From: a virus
Lineage: Duplodnaviria > Caudoviricetes
Reading direction: 5' to 3' (one strand)
IMG/VR virus record: IMGVR_UViG_3300028186_000155
DNA length: 64,000 nucleotides
Shown here: piece by piece, positions 53,685 through 63,099 of the stretch
Numbering within the stretch: position 1 is the first letter of the stretch
Layout: each line of letters opens with the position of its first letter
Program-made: the position numbers and the translations under genes
Notes under the pieces: model-generated
Database searches by the model: none
What the model was told of the DNA's origin: nothing
The model's input: the letters and a program-made list of their open reading frames with translations, nothing else

Positions 53685-56008
53685 GGTTTTTCCAGATACT
53701 CTCGGATTTCTTTGAGTTGATTAGCTTGCGTGTACTGGTGTTCGAAGCGCAGGCGCTCTTCCATCATTTGCAGGGTCATTACCCATTGTGGATTTGGCGG
53801 GTCCATGCGGATGAAACCGGGTCCACGCGGACCGATATGACCGCGTGAACCTGTTGGACCATCAGGCAGGCGGCCCGAGCGGTATTCTTCAATCACTTCT
53901 GGTTTCTCCGGGTCTTCGGTGGTCGTGTCGTACAGGTCAGGATCGCAGATTTTGCAACCGCCGCCAAAATCGCAACCGCATTCGACGGTGCTCGAATCGA
54001 TCAGATCATCCGGGGTGATTTTTGCGTTGGCTGTGATCAAAATGTCTTCACCGTAACCACTAACAATTTCTTCGCTACCGTAGTCGAGGCTTTTGCTCAC
54101 GATTTCTTTGATCAAACGATCTTCGCTTTCCATGATTTGATCAAGCACTTCAGCCGCAACCTTTTCCAAATCGACGGGTTCGTCATTGGAGTGGTCACGA
54201 CCACAACGGCACAATTTCGGTTCTGGTTCGTTGGTTTCTTCCGAAGCTTTATCGTCGGCACCAACCCACACATGCACCATGTCGGAATCAGGGATTTCCT
54301 GATACAGCGTCACGTCGGCGCCGAGTGCCTGTGCTTTCTCGAAGTTTTCGCGAGTCATTGCAACAATGCCGGTGCTCAGAACGCCGATTTCAGGTTGCGA
54401 TTTGGCGGCCTGAATTTCTTCATCGTTCAGGCTGTGTGCATCGGCTGCTTCGTGTTCCAGTTCGTCTACAGGAATCCCCAACTCTTCAGCCACATCGGGA
54501 CTCATGATAACCTCAGTCAGTGGAATGGCCGAAGTTTGTTTGATTGCGTCAGCCAAAACAAAACCGTCTTTGTCCGTGGCCGCGCCGCCCAAACTTTGCA
54601 CGAAACGCTCGGCTGCTTTGCGCAGACGATCATGCGCCGTCTCTTCGGTGTTTACGGTTTCTTCAGGCTCGCCGGGGTCGCCCATTTTCAGGTTAACGGT
54701 GGCGTCCGGGTGCAGGATCAACCAGTCGTTTTCCTTGTCGTGTTTCGCGATGTTGGTAATCAGCAACGCTTCGATCACGGTATTGCGCTTGGATGGATCG
54801 AGTTTGAAGCGGTTGATAAATACGTCGGTCTTGACGCCGCCCATGAGGAAACGTTTGATGTTTTCCGGGTCGAGTTCTTCAATCTTTTTGAAGCCGGTGA
54901 CTTGTGTGCCCATGGCAATCTGCCGTTTTTCTTTCCGGTTTGGATAGTACGGAATGTTGGCTTTGATCATGCTCGACGGGTTTTTGGTATCGTAACCCAT
55001 GTCGTACAGGTAGCTAAGCACCTCAGCTGGCGGCAGGCGTACCATACGCACGATTTCGAACAGGTTGTACGGTGCGGGAATCAGACGGCAGTAATCGTCC
55101 AGAATTTTGAACGATTCTTTGGCCTCCACGATTCGCAGCACGATGAATTTGTGGGTTGGTGCGTAGTCATTGCGCGGGTCTACGAATTCTTCGCCGTCCC
55201 ATGCAGTCATGGCGCCGGATGCAGCTACGTCTTCGAAAACGATATCGAACAATTCACGCAGCATCGCATGGTTATCGCTCAGCTTTGTGAAGCATTCTTC
55301 CGTGGTGAAGGCACCGTCGCATTTGAGGATTTCCGCACGCAATTCCTGTTCGGTCAGCGTGTGGAATTCTTCAGCAACTTTGGGTTCTGGTTCAGCTGGC
55401 GTATCACGGGCCACAATTTCTTTGGCAATTTTGGTCGCCACTTCAACCTTCAACGCCTCGGCCAGTGCATCAGAAGCTTTACGCTGGTACAACGTGCCGA
55501 TTTTTACCACGGAACCTTCACCGGTCAGCAGGCGCAGCAGCTGGCCAACAGAGTGACCAGATTTCATGCCGAAATGCTTGGCGATTTCTGCCGCTGTGCG
55601 TTGTGCACCATCCGACAAAAAGGCCAGCACGTCACCGCGTGTAGCCCGTGATTCATCGACTTTGATTTGAGGTTTCTTTTCCGCACTTTCGACCGCTGCT
55701 TTAACCGGCGCAGGTTTGGTTCGCAACTGGTCTTCTGCACGATCTACCGCAGCAGCCTCACGGCGGCGCTCAGCTGCCTTTTCCACACGGTCGAGTTCTG
55801 CATCCGTATCGTCTTTTTTGAACGATTCGGAAATGGTCAACCGGTTGTCTTCACGATGCAAATACCCGAAACGCATCAGGCGCTCAAGGGCGCGAGTCAT
55901 TTGGGTATGCTGGGTGCGCAGCTGGTCGCCGTAGTAGGTCAGCGTGCGCCCCGGTTCCTGCTGTACCGCGTAAACCAGATTTGCCTCAAGTGCGGAAAGA
56001 TCCTTCAT
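53681..56008 (-). CDS. large multi-winged-helix protein
   Basis: At least two wHTH (MTRALERLMRFGYL; TAAEIAKHFGM..VGQLLRLLTGEGSV); acidic C-half; short GxxGxx run. Confidence 0.6.
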   Translation of the reverse strand: MKDLSALEANLVYAVQQEPGRTLTYYGDQLRTQHTQMTRALERLMRFGYLHREDNRLTISESFKKDDTDAELDRVEKAAERRREAAAVDRAEDQLRTKPAPVKAAVESAEKKPQIKVDESRATRGDVLAFLSDGAQRTAAEIAKHFGMKSGHSVGQLLRLLTGEGSVVKIGTLYQRKASDALAEALKVEVATKIAKEIVARDTPAEPEPKVAEEFHTLTEQELRAEILKCDGAFTTEECFTKLSDNHAMLRELFDIVFEDVAASGAMTAWDGEEFVDPRNDYAPTHKFIVLRIVEAKESFKILDDYCRLIPAPYNLFEIVRMVRLPPAEVLSYLYDMGYDTKNPSSMIKANIPYYPNRKEKRQIAMGTQVTGFKKIEELDPENIKRFLMGGVKTDVFINRFKLDPSKRNTVIEALLITNIAKHDKENDWLILHPDATVNLKMGDPGEPEETVNTEETAHDRLRKAAERFVQSLGGAATDKDGFVLADAIKQTSAIPLTEVIMSPDVAEELGIPVDELEHEAADAHSLNDEEIQAAKSQPEIGVLSTGIVAMTRENFEKAQALGADVTLYQEIPDSDMVHVWVGADDKASEETNEPEPKLCRCGRDHSNDEPVDLEKVAAEVLDQIMESEDRLIKEIVSKSLDYGSEEIVSGYGEDILITANAKITPDDLIDSSTVECGCDFGGGCKICDPDLYDTTTEDPEKPEVIEEYRSGRLPDGPTGSRGHIGPRGPGFIRMDPPNPQWVMTLQMMEERLRFEHQYTQANQLKEIREYLEKP

Positions 56009-56012
56009 TTCT

Positions 56013-57206
56013 TTATTCGCTCTCTGCGATGAATTTCCCAACGGCGGAATAGAACGCAACTGGTTCATCCACGCTTGCGCTATTGATTTTGGCTTCGATT
56101 TCGCTCAGCAGATTCTGGATCAGCACCAGCGATGTGATGCTGGTTTTCTTGATACCTTCCTGCTTGGCGAGTGCCGCGAACAGCTTGCCGTTGTACGGGG
56201 TGTATTTGTTGGTGCCGGTGTGTTCGCCAATGCGGAAATCTACCAGCCAACGGGTTTTGTTGATCAGGCCACGCACACCGCCGCAAGTCTTGACGGCCTG
56301 CACCACTTTGACCAAATCTTTCTTGTAGATCGATGCCAGCAGGTGCGCCGAGTATTCATCGAGGTTGGCTTCGATTTCAACAAACGAACTCAGGTCATCC
56401 GGGTTGAACTTCTTACCGGACGCCAGCACCGACAGGAAAATGTCCAGCTTGGATACCGCTTCACGCAGCGAACCGTTGCTAGATTCCGCGATGGTGGTAA
56501 CAGCTTTTTTCGCGTCTTTCTTGATCGGGAAACCTTCGGCCTCGGCAATGGTGCACAGCCGATCAACCATGGTTGGAATTTCGATTTGCTTCAGGCGGAA
56601 ATGCGTGCCACGACTAACCAGCGCTTTGTTCATGTTTTCCGGGTTAGTGGTGCACATGATCCAGATAGTGTTGGGGCCGGGGTTTTCCGTCGAGGTCAGC
56701 AACGCTTTTTCGGACTGATCGCGCAGGGTGTGCACTTCGTCCACGATGATTACGCGCTTGCGGAAGGTAGGGGCGTTGTTGGCAGCGGATACCAGCGCAC
56801 GAATTTCTGCAATGGTGCCGTTAACTGCCGCGTCGTGATAGGTCACGTCGGGATGCTTGCGGAATTTGCAGCTATGGCATTTGCCACACAGGTTCAAATT
56901 CTCACAGTTGATTTGCCGGGCGAGGATTTGCGCGAACGAAGTTTTGCCGCAACCATAATGCCCGGAGAACAGGAACACCGCAGGCACCTTGCCGCGTTTG
57001 AACATACCTTCGATTGCGTTGGCCGTTTGGTCTTGGCCCACAACTTCGGACAGCTTCGAAGGGCGATACAGGTTGGCCAGCTGGGAAGTATCCAGCGTCA
57101 CAGGCCCGCGTTCCTTTTTAACTTTTTTCTTGGCGCTTTTGACCGCTTCTTCAGTGTCGGTCTTGAATGTCTTTTTCTTGGTCTTTACTACTTTCTCTTT
57201 TGCCAC
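56013..57206 (-). CDS. dnaX: clamp loader, DNA Pol III gamma/tau-like
   Basis: YRP..EVVGQ, GHYGCGKT, C..CGKCHSC zinc module, DEVH, TTN, SR, GSLR. Confidence 0.92.
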   Translation of the reverse strand: MAKEKVVKTKKKTFKTDTEEAVKSAKKKVKKERGPVTLDTSQLANLYRPSKLSEVVGQDQTANAIEGMFKRGKVPAVFLFSGHYGCGKTSFAQILARQINCENLNLCGKCHSCKFRKHPDVTYHDAAVNGTIAEIRALVSAANNAPTFRKRVIIVDEVHTLRDQSEKALLTSTENPGPNTIWIMCTTNPENMNKALVSRGTHFRLKQIEIPTMVDRLCTIAEAEGFPIKKDAKKAVTTIAESSNGSLREAVSKLDIFLSVLASGKKFNPDDLSSFVEIEANLDEYSAHLLASIYKKDLVKVVQAVKTCGGVRGLINKTRWLVDFRIGEHTGTNKYTPYNGKLFAALAKQEGIKKTSITSLVLIQNLLSEIEAKINSASVDEPVAFYSAVGKFIAESE

Positions 57207-57237
57207 GGTCAGGTACTCGATAGGGGTATACAGTATA

Positions 57238-57246
57238 TTTACAGTT
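57238..57246 (-). promoter_or_regulatory. AACTGTAAA promoter motif
   Basis: 32 nt upstream of dnaX start. Confidence 0.5.
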
Positions 57247-57472
57247 TACCCGTGTAGTGTTGTTCATAGGCGCGTGCTGCTGCCCATGCTTCGTCTTCAG
57301 TTGCACCACGGCGGATTGCCAGCCTGTATACGCGGTGCACCTTGGGATTATGCCGACCAATTTTTCGGAATTCTTCCTCGGCCTTACATTGGGCTTTCCG
57401 ACCTCGGCGGTATGCGTAAAAAACTAAGGCCCCTACCGCGCAAAGGTAGAGGCCTAAAATATACCACTTCAT
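57239..57472 (-). CDS. small membrane protein
   Basis: N-terminal TM followed by a basic region. Confidence 0.65.
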   Translation of the reverse strand: MKWYILGLYLCAVGALVFYAYRRGRKAQCKAEEEFRKIGRHNPKVHRVYRLAIRRGATEDEAWAAARAYEQHYTGKL

Positions 57473-57735
57473 TTGATTTGTGAACCTTCACAGCGGGCAA
57501 TGTGGCCGCTCGAAGTGTAGGCCACGGTCAGGCTTCGGTCGTAGCGGATGTAAACAACCCCGTCAATGCACGTGCGATTCATCGTATCCAGATTAACCGA
57601 TTGGTAATAGGAGATTTCAGACAGCACCCGTGATTCAGGTCTGGCCACAGGCGCCCCGGTCGCGGAATCCACATAGACCGTTTTGTTGTCGCACGCGGCG
57701 AGCATGACTAAGCCGATCAGCCAAAGTTTTTTCAT
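57469..57735 (-). CDS. lipoprotein
   Basis: MKK-hydrophobic-LAAC lipobox; CIDGVVY and a second Cys. Confidence 0.75.
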   Translation of the reverse strand: MKKLWLIGLVMLAACDNKTVYVDSATGAPVARPESRVLSEISYYQSVNLDTMNRTCIDGVVYIRYDRSLTVAYTSSGHIARCEGSQIK

Positions 57736-58004
57736 GGTTTGTAACCCTCGATCAAACGGGCAAAAACGTCCACACCATCAACAGCGTAAACCACATAATT
57801 GCCATAAGCCGTTTTAAACAGGTAGCGGTTGTACACCGTGGCGTTTTTGGTCATTTCGCCTGTAATTTCAGGGCCGCCGATCCGCTTGGCAGGGCCGAAC
57901 GAATCGCGCACCATGATTTGCGGCGTACCGCGCACGGCTTCGATGAACTTGCCGTCGTGAGGACCACCAATCAATAAAACTTCGTCGTATTTCAGCTTAG
58001 TCAT
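57732..58004 (-). CDS. hypothetical protein (GGPxDG family)
   Basis: LLIGGPHDG motif. Confidence 0.65.
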   Translation of the reverse strand: MTKLKYDEVLLIGGPHDGKFIEAVRGTPQIMVRDSFGPAKRIGGPEITGEMTKNATVYNRYLFKTAYGNYVVYAVDGVDVFARLIEGYKP

Positions 58005-58016
58005 TTCGCTAGGGCC

Positions 58017-59237
58017 TTATTCGTTGGCGCGTGCCGCCTTGAAGGATTTTTCCAGCAGTTTGAGGATCGATTTCGGAATCTGCTTACCGGTCAGGTGCAT
58101 GGCGAATGCCTCGGCAAACATTTCCTGCACGTTGGTCGCCGCGTATTCGCCCAGCTGTGCAGCCAGCGAATCAGCGTTGGAAATCGACGCGGTGGTCGGC
58201 CAGATTTCTGCCAACATTTTGCTGTTTTGGTTCAGCAGAATGTTGGTATCTTCCGGCGACATTTTGTGAACTTTCTTCAGGTAGCCCAGCGCTTCCTTGA
58301 ACATGCCCAGTTCGTCCTCTTCGAGGTCGCGCTGGAATTCACGCACCGACAATTGCGAACTGATCAGCGATTCGCACAGCTGTTCCATGTCGGCTTTCTT
58401 GGCCTTGGAAACGGTGGTCATGCTGTTGTATTTTTCCAGCCACTCAGCACGGATCTTTTCCGGCACGTAGCGATACCAGACAGCGTGGCCGGTTTCATGC
58501 AGGAAGATGTATTGGTTATAAACCTGATCTTCCAGAATTTTCGGCATGAGTTTCATCAGGTCGATGGCTTCACCCGATTTGAAACTCACCTGATAGGTGC
58601 CCGCCCACTTGCCCTTGGCGTTGTGGACTTCGATACGGGAAATCGGGAACACTTTTTCCAGATCGATTTCTGCGATTTTCTTCACCGACTTTTTGATGCC
58701 GATGGTGATTGCGTTTTTCTCTTCGTCGGTCAGCTTGCGGTACATGTGCAGCGGACCCATCAGGGTATCGAGCACACCGAAATGCGGCATGATTTCCACG
58801 CCGAAAACTTTGCCGGGCGATGGTTCTTTGCCGAGGTTGGCCACCAGCGTGTTGGCGTCGTATTCGAAAGTAACCGGTTCATCCGAACTCATGGTTTCTT
58901 CGATGTAGCAGGTGTTGCGTTTGGGGCTATGGGCAAATGCCAGTTTGTTTTTCTTGCCGACTTTTACAATGATGTAATCGTCTTGATCAACGGGCAGCTG
59001 GACCTTGGGCGAGTCCTCGGCTTTGGCCACGTCTTTTTTCTTTTTCTTCTTGCCTGTTTCTTCGAGTGTGCCGCTCACGTCACGCCCGAGGTCTTCCATG
59101 GATTTCTTTTTCTTCTTTTTGACGCCGGTATCTTCCTGCTGTTCTTTCTTCTTTTTCTTTTTCAGCTTGAGGTCCGGGGCTTCGGACTTAACCAACCCCT
59201 TTTTCTTTTTCTTCTTTTTCTTCAGATCATCACTCAT
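58017..59237 (-). CDS. zinc metalloprotease (lethal-factor/Zmp1-like zincin) with poly-Lys N-terminus
   Basis: FLHETGHAV and EYAATNVQEMFAEAF; GGAG RBS. Confidence 0.78.
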   Translation of the reverse strand: MSDDLKKKKKKKKGLVKSEAPDLKLKKKKKKEQQEDTGVKKKKKKSMEDLGRDVSGTLEETGKKKKKKDVAKAEDSPKVQLPVDQDDYIIVKVGKKNKLAFAHSPKRNTCYIEETMSSDEPVTFEYDANTLVANLGKEPSPGKVFGVEIMPHFGVLDTLMGPLHMYRKLTDEEKNAITIGIKKSVKKIAEIDLEKVFPISRIEVHNAKGKWAGTYQVSFKSGEAIDLMKLMPKILEDQVYNQYIFLHETGHAVWYRYVPEKIRAEWLEKYNSMTTVSKAKKADMEQLCESLISSQLSVREFQRDLEEDELGMFKEALGYLKKVHKMSPEDTNILLNQNSKMLAEIWPTTASISNADSLAAQLGEYAATNVQEMFAEAFAMHLTGKQIPKSILKLLEKSFKAARANE

Positions 59238-59491
59238 TTTGCTACTCCATAACTGCGCGGCTCTGTAAGGCCGTAATTAATCATCATTTTGTGAGACTTA
59301 ATCCAGCTGGTGTTTTGGACGCTGCCGATGCCAATGTGTTGTGTTAGGCGGTTGGGCATCAGAAAAAGCGGATGCCCGTACAGCCTGTGTTGAGGATCGT
59401 CTACATGCGATGGCCATTGTTCTATAGGTATTTGGTCCAACACATCAGAAATTTCTGCACAGTAGAGGATCGTGGCGGGGCGTTCAGTCAC
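59234..59491 (-). CDS. hypothetical protein
   Basis: Operon ORF. Confidence 0.55.
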   Translation of the reverse strand: MTERPATILYCAEISDVLDQIPIEQWPSHVDDPQHRLYGHPLFLMPNRLTQHIGIGSVQNTSWIKSHKMMINYGLTEPRSYGVAK

Positions 59492-59735
59492 GCGGTGTCA
59501 GGTGCACGACGTTCAACGGATTATTTTCAATCCATTCCTGATCCGGGCCGTCGCCCAGTTCCCAGCGCGTGCTGCAATGGTGGTGCACCAGCAACAGAGG
59601 CCAGCCGTAGTACGGGCCGGGAATGTCTACGTGAGTCGGCAACGGTTTGTGGGGATGGATACGCCCCAACATTTGCTGCACGATTTTCGGCGCCATTTCG
59701 GTATCGTCAGGATTCGGTGACTGGTTCGAATTCAT
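59484..59735 (-). CDS. hypothetical protein
   Basis: Start at MNSNQ with GAGG RBS. Confidence 0.5.
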   Translation of the reverse strand: MNSNQSPNPDDTEMAPKIVQQMLGRIHPHKPLPTHVDIPGPYYGWPLLLVHHHCSTRWELGDGPDQEWIENNPLNVVHLTPRD

Positions 59736-60060
59736 CGTCGTGCGCCTCTTCGTCGTAGGTGTACTGGTCATCAAACTGGTGGCCGTTATATCCGTAGAAA
59801 ACACGCGCTTCACGGCGAGATTTCATGGTCCATAATTGGCGACTGCAAATTTTGATACGGCCCTTGGTGATAATGGACGTGCGCCAAACTAGCGAGAAGT
59901 AAATTTCCCGACATTCGATTGCAACATCCGTAGGCCAAGATTCCTTTCGCCAGTCTTCGCCCAAGAACCAGTCACCCTTGAATACTGGGCGGCGCTGGCT
60001 ATCCAGTTTTACCGAAGGGCGCCAGACTTTTACTTTGCGCAGTTGGCTAGGCGTGCTCAT
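59707..60060 (-). CDS. hypothetical protein
   Basis: Start at MSTPSQ. Confidence 0.55.
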   Translation of the reverse strand: MSTPSQLRKVKVWRPSVKLDSQRRPVFKGDWFLGEDWRKESWPTDVAIECREIYFSLVWRTSIITKGRIKICSRQLWTMKSRREARVFYGYNGHQFDDQYTYDEEAHDDEFEPVTES

Positions 60061-60328
60061 GAGGCACCAACGTAATCTCAACATCGAAACCGATGTTGGC
60101 CAAGGCCGAAACCATATCAACTGCTGGGATTTCCGACGTGTCAGCGTCCATCAGGTACGGGAAATCACGCGGGGAAATCTTCAGCTTTTTGGTGATTTCG
60201 TCGTCGGTCATTTGCTGTTCACGCATTTCGCGAACTTTGGTGATCAGCGCCACAACCAACTGGGTTTTCAGGTGCTTGACTGCTGCGTCACCGGGGGTGT
60301 GGTAATGGCGGTGCAGGTTCTGGCTCAT
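60047..60328 (-). CDS. XRE/HigA2-like HTH protein
   Basis: LKTQLV...MTDDEITKKLKISP...MVSALANIGFDVEI; ATGA overlap. Confidence 0.6.
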   Translation of the reverse strand: MSQNLHRHYHTPGDAAVKHLKTQLVVALITKVREMREQQMTDDEITKKLKISPRDFPYLMDADTSEIPAVDMVSALANIGFDVEITLVPHEHA

Positions 60329-60885
60329 TTGTCGTACTCGGCATAGTCTGGATGGAATTCGAAGGCTTGCATTGGGATACCTTCGTACATGTATTCGAAC
60401 CACGAACCATAGTGCTCTTGCACGCACGTGGTCTTCACGTATTTGCGGTTTGCTTTCGCAGCAAAAGATTCCGACTCAAACGCGCGGGCCGTGATAGTCA
60501 TCCACGGCGAAACGGTGCCGTCCGGTTGCGTAACCTTGGCCAGATAAATCGTGCGGCGTTGTCGGCCATTCAGGTGGCGCTCTTCGCGTTCTTGGTCTTC
60601 GATCTTTTTGTCGATCCACACACGCGGGCTGCACGCAGTATCTTCGATCAAATCCATGCGCAATTTCTGCGCCTGATAATGACAGTTGCTGCGAGTGATG
60701 TAGCCGACGATTTCGTTGTATTTTTCTTCGCTGATGATTTCCCAATCGCCCCATGCACCGGCAATTTGTTCGTCGGTGATTTCCTTGGAGCGGCCAGCCC
60801 AGTAAATGTTGTTGGAATACCAGTAGCGGAAGCGGTACAAATATTCTGGTTTACTCACTTTCGATTTCCCCCTGCGAGCGCTCAA
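60325..60885 (-). CDS. hypothetical protein
   Basis: Operon ORF. Confidence 0.6.
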   Translation of the reverse strand: MSARRGKSKVSKPEYLYRFRYWYSNNIYWAGRSKEITDEQIAGAWGDWEIISEEKYNEIVGYITRSNCHYQAQKLRMDLIEDTACSPRVWIDKKIEDQEREERHLNGRQRRTIYLAKVTQPDGTVSPWMTITARAFESESFAAKANRKYVKTTCVQEHYGSWFEYMYEGIPMQAFEFHPDYAEYDK

Positions 60886-61492
60886 CCATCAGGCGTACAT
60901 CGCGGGTGATGTAGCCGTTGACCAGTTCGTCGTTTTCAACGATGCCCATGAATTCCAGCGCCGCACCTTTCTGGAATTGGAAACGACCGCCGGCCCGCAT
61001 GGTTTCTTTGAAACGCTGCACGGTCTTGGCCCATACTTTTCCGTTCTGGCCGATGTACAAAACCAGTGGCGGATATTCGTCGTATTTCTCGGCCTTGGCA
61101 TCCATGTTGGCGTAACCGAAGGTCAGATATGGGCGCCCGCTGTGATGCGTGAACAGGGAACCAATGCCCGGCACTTCCAACAGGGTTTGGCTTGGCACCA
61201 CTTGCGGAACTTTGGTGGTTTTCCGGTCGTGAATTTTCACATGCGCCAGCTGGTGCGCGTAGAAAACTTTAGTCTGGCCACCGTTGCCGCCTTGACCAAC
61301 GACCACCGTATCATCGGCAAAGGTCACGACGTAGAATTGGCCATCGGTATCTTCGATGGTGTGACGACCGGGAATGCACGACTGATATTTCATCACGCCG
61401 TTTTCGATCCGGGCATTGAACACCGGGCCGCTTTCGCGCAGGGTCAGCAGGTCTTCCAGAAAATTGTTTACTTGATCTTCGGTGTAGTTCAT
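60851..61492 (-). CDS. hypothetical protein with C-terminal DUF1653-like SH3 domain
   Basis: GSLFTHHSGRPY...A..LVLY....GKVWAK...F. Confidence 0.6.
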   Translation of the reverse strand: MNYTEDQVNNFLEDLLTLRESGPVFNARIENGVMKYQSCIPGRHTIEDTDGQFYVVTFADDTVVVGQGGNGGQTKVFYAHQLAHVKIHDRKTTKVPQVVPSQTLLEVPGIGSLFTHHSGRPYLTFGYANMDAKAEKYDEYPPLVLYIGQNGKVWAKTVQRFKETMRAGGRFQFQKGAALEFMGIVENDELVNGYITRDVRLMVERSQGEIESE

Positions 61493-62115
61493 TACATACC
61501 TTCAATTTTGTTTTGCAGCAAAAGGACCATTGCGTAGCCGTGGGCCGCAACATGCTGGCCGCCACAGGTGCCACGGTAGGCGTTTGCGATCACTTCAACA
61601 GGATCAAAATCGAGTGGCAATTCTGCCGCCTCGCAAATACCCAATAACTTTTCGATCAATTCAGGCATGACCGTAATGGGCATCAACGGCATGGCGGCTT
61701 TGAGGCGAACCGTTTTGTCTTTCAGGTGGATACGTCCGCGAATGTCGGGAAACTGAACGTACACGCGATCATTGGCGACCAGCACCCGCACGCGTTTCCA
61801 GATATCGCCCGTGTCGCCGGACAGCATCACCGATTCGACGTAATGGTCAAAGTTGTTTCGCACATAATTGAGTAGCGAATATTCTTTGTTCACTTTCTCA
61901 AGTTCTGCGCGGGCTTCCATGGAACCTTTCGAGCGTGTGCCGCTTGGCACCCAGTAGCCTTGATCGGTTGGAATGGTGTACGGGCGTTTTTCTTTAAAAC
62001 CGATGGCCACACCATTTGCGAAATAGTAGAGACTATTGTCGTACAGGCACAGTCCATCAGCGATGGCCCGGCACGCATTCACAAACGGTCGATCAAAGAT
62101 ACTGACCTCTAGCAT
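61492..62115 (-). CDS. hypothetical protein
   Basis: AGGA RBS; AACTGTAAA at 62156-62164. Confidence 0.65.
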   Translation of the reverse strand: MLEVSIFDRPFVNACRAIADGLCLYDNSLYYFANGVAIGFKEKRPYTIPTDQGYWVPSGTRSKGSMEARAELEKVNKEYSLLNYVRNNFDHYVESVMLSGDTGDIWKRVRVLVANDRVYVQFPDIRGRIHLKDKTVRLKAAMPLMPITVMPELIEKLLGICEAAELPLDFDPVEVIANAYRGTCGGQHVAAHGYAMVLLLQNKIEGM

Positions 62116-62145
62116 GTTGGTGGTTCCTAGATAAATGATGTGTTG

Positions 62146-63096
62146 CTACTTAGTTTTTACAGTTTTCTTCTTTTTCTTAACGCCCTTTGGGTAGTGCTGG
62201 GCGATCAGCAGGGCCGCCAGTTCTTTGTCGAGGCTGGTCCCTTCGCATTGCGCCTTCAGATAACGAACGCAAGTGCGGTCCAAAGAAATGCGGCGGTCGT
62301 CATCATTGTGGCGGGTTTGGAACGCAACCAATTCCAAAGTTTCTGCCAATTCGGTAAAGCCTCGGCGGTCGTTGTATTGCTGGCGCTCACGGCTGTAAGG
62401 CGTCATGTACATGATATTTTGCGCAACCTCTACAGCTTCAATTGCAGCCAGATTGACCACGCGGTTACGGTCGCGAATCTGGTACAGGTTGATCAAGCTA
62501 CGCTCTTTCATCAGGCGTTCCCAATCACCGGAATTTTTCGCGGTTTTCAACGCTTGATTTTTCTCACGACTGACGCGGTAGCTGTTGCGAGTCATGGTGA
62601 CGCCGTGGGTCAGCGGTTTGAATTTGTCGCCGCCAACCGCAATCGCCACAGCCGAATCACCATCGGGATTGTCGAGGTACATCAGCACGCCGAAATCGTT
62701 TTTTGGCAACTTGAAGGTGTGCTTTTTCCACTCCCTGACATACACGCGATTTTTCATAATCACATATTCAGTATCGTGGCGGTCGTAGGTCGCGCAGTGA
62801 TCATACAGTTGCGCCAGCATTTGACGATTGTCGTCAAAATCGGCGTAGTCTTTAATGCCAAACAATTCGATTGCTCGCTCTGCAATAAACGCACAGCATT
62901 CAATGGTCTGTGCTGGGAATTTATCGGAATATTCCGGGGGCAGGTGGTAGAGCGGATTGGCATTGCCTTGTGAAACGACTGCGAGTTCCATGCAAGCCAT
63001 AATCAACAGGCCTTGTGTGCCGGTGCGCATGGCAATCGTGCTCATGCCTTTTTGAGATTCTGCCAAGTGATATTCAGGAAGGTAAACGGTAGGCAT
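62146..63096 (-). CDS. hypothetical basic DNA-binding protein (possible origin-binding/initiator)
   Basis: 316 aa, K/R-rich; first gene downstream of the hairpin-rich region; function is a guess. Confidence 0.5.
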   Translation of the reverse strand: MPTVYLPEYHLAESQKGMSTIAMRTGTQGLLIMACMELAVVSQGNANPLYHLPPEYSDKFPAQTIECCAFIAERAIELFGIKDYADFDDNRQMLAQLYDHCATYDRHDTEYVIMKNRVYVREWKKHTFKLPKNDFGVLMYLDNPDGDSAVAIAVGGDKFKPLTHGVTMTRNSYRVSREKNQALKTAKNSGDWERLMKERSLINLYQIRDRNRVVNLAAIEAVEVAQNIMYMTPYSRERQQYNDRRGFTELAETLELVAFQTRHNDDDRRISLDRTCVRYLKAQCEGTSLDKELAALLIAQHYPKGVKKKKKTVKTK

Positions 63097-63099
63097 TGC

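Noticed and set aside
57239-57735. Membrane protein plus lipoprotein as a spanin pair
   Set aside because: Order reversed, no periplasmic coiled coil, lipoprotein not Pro-rich, no lysis genes nearby.
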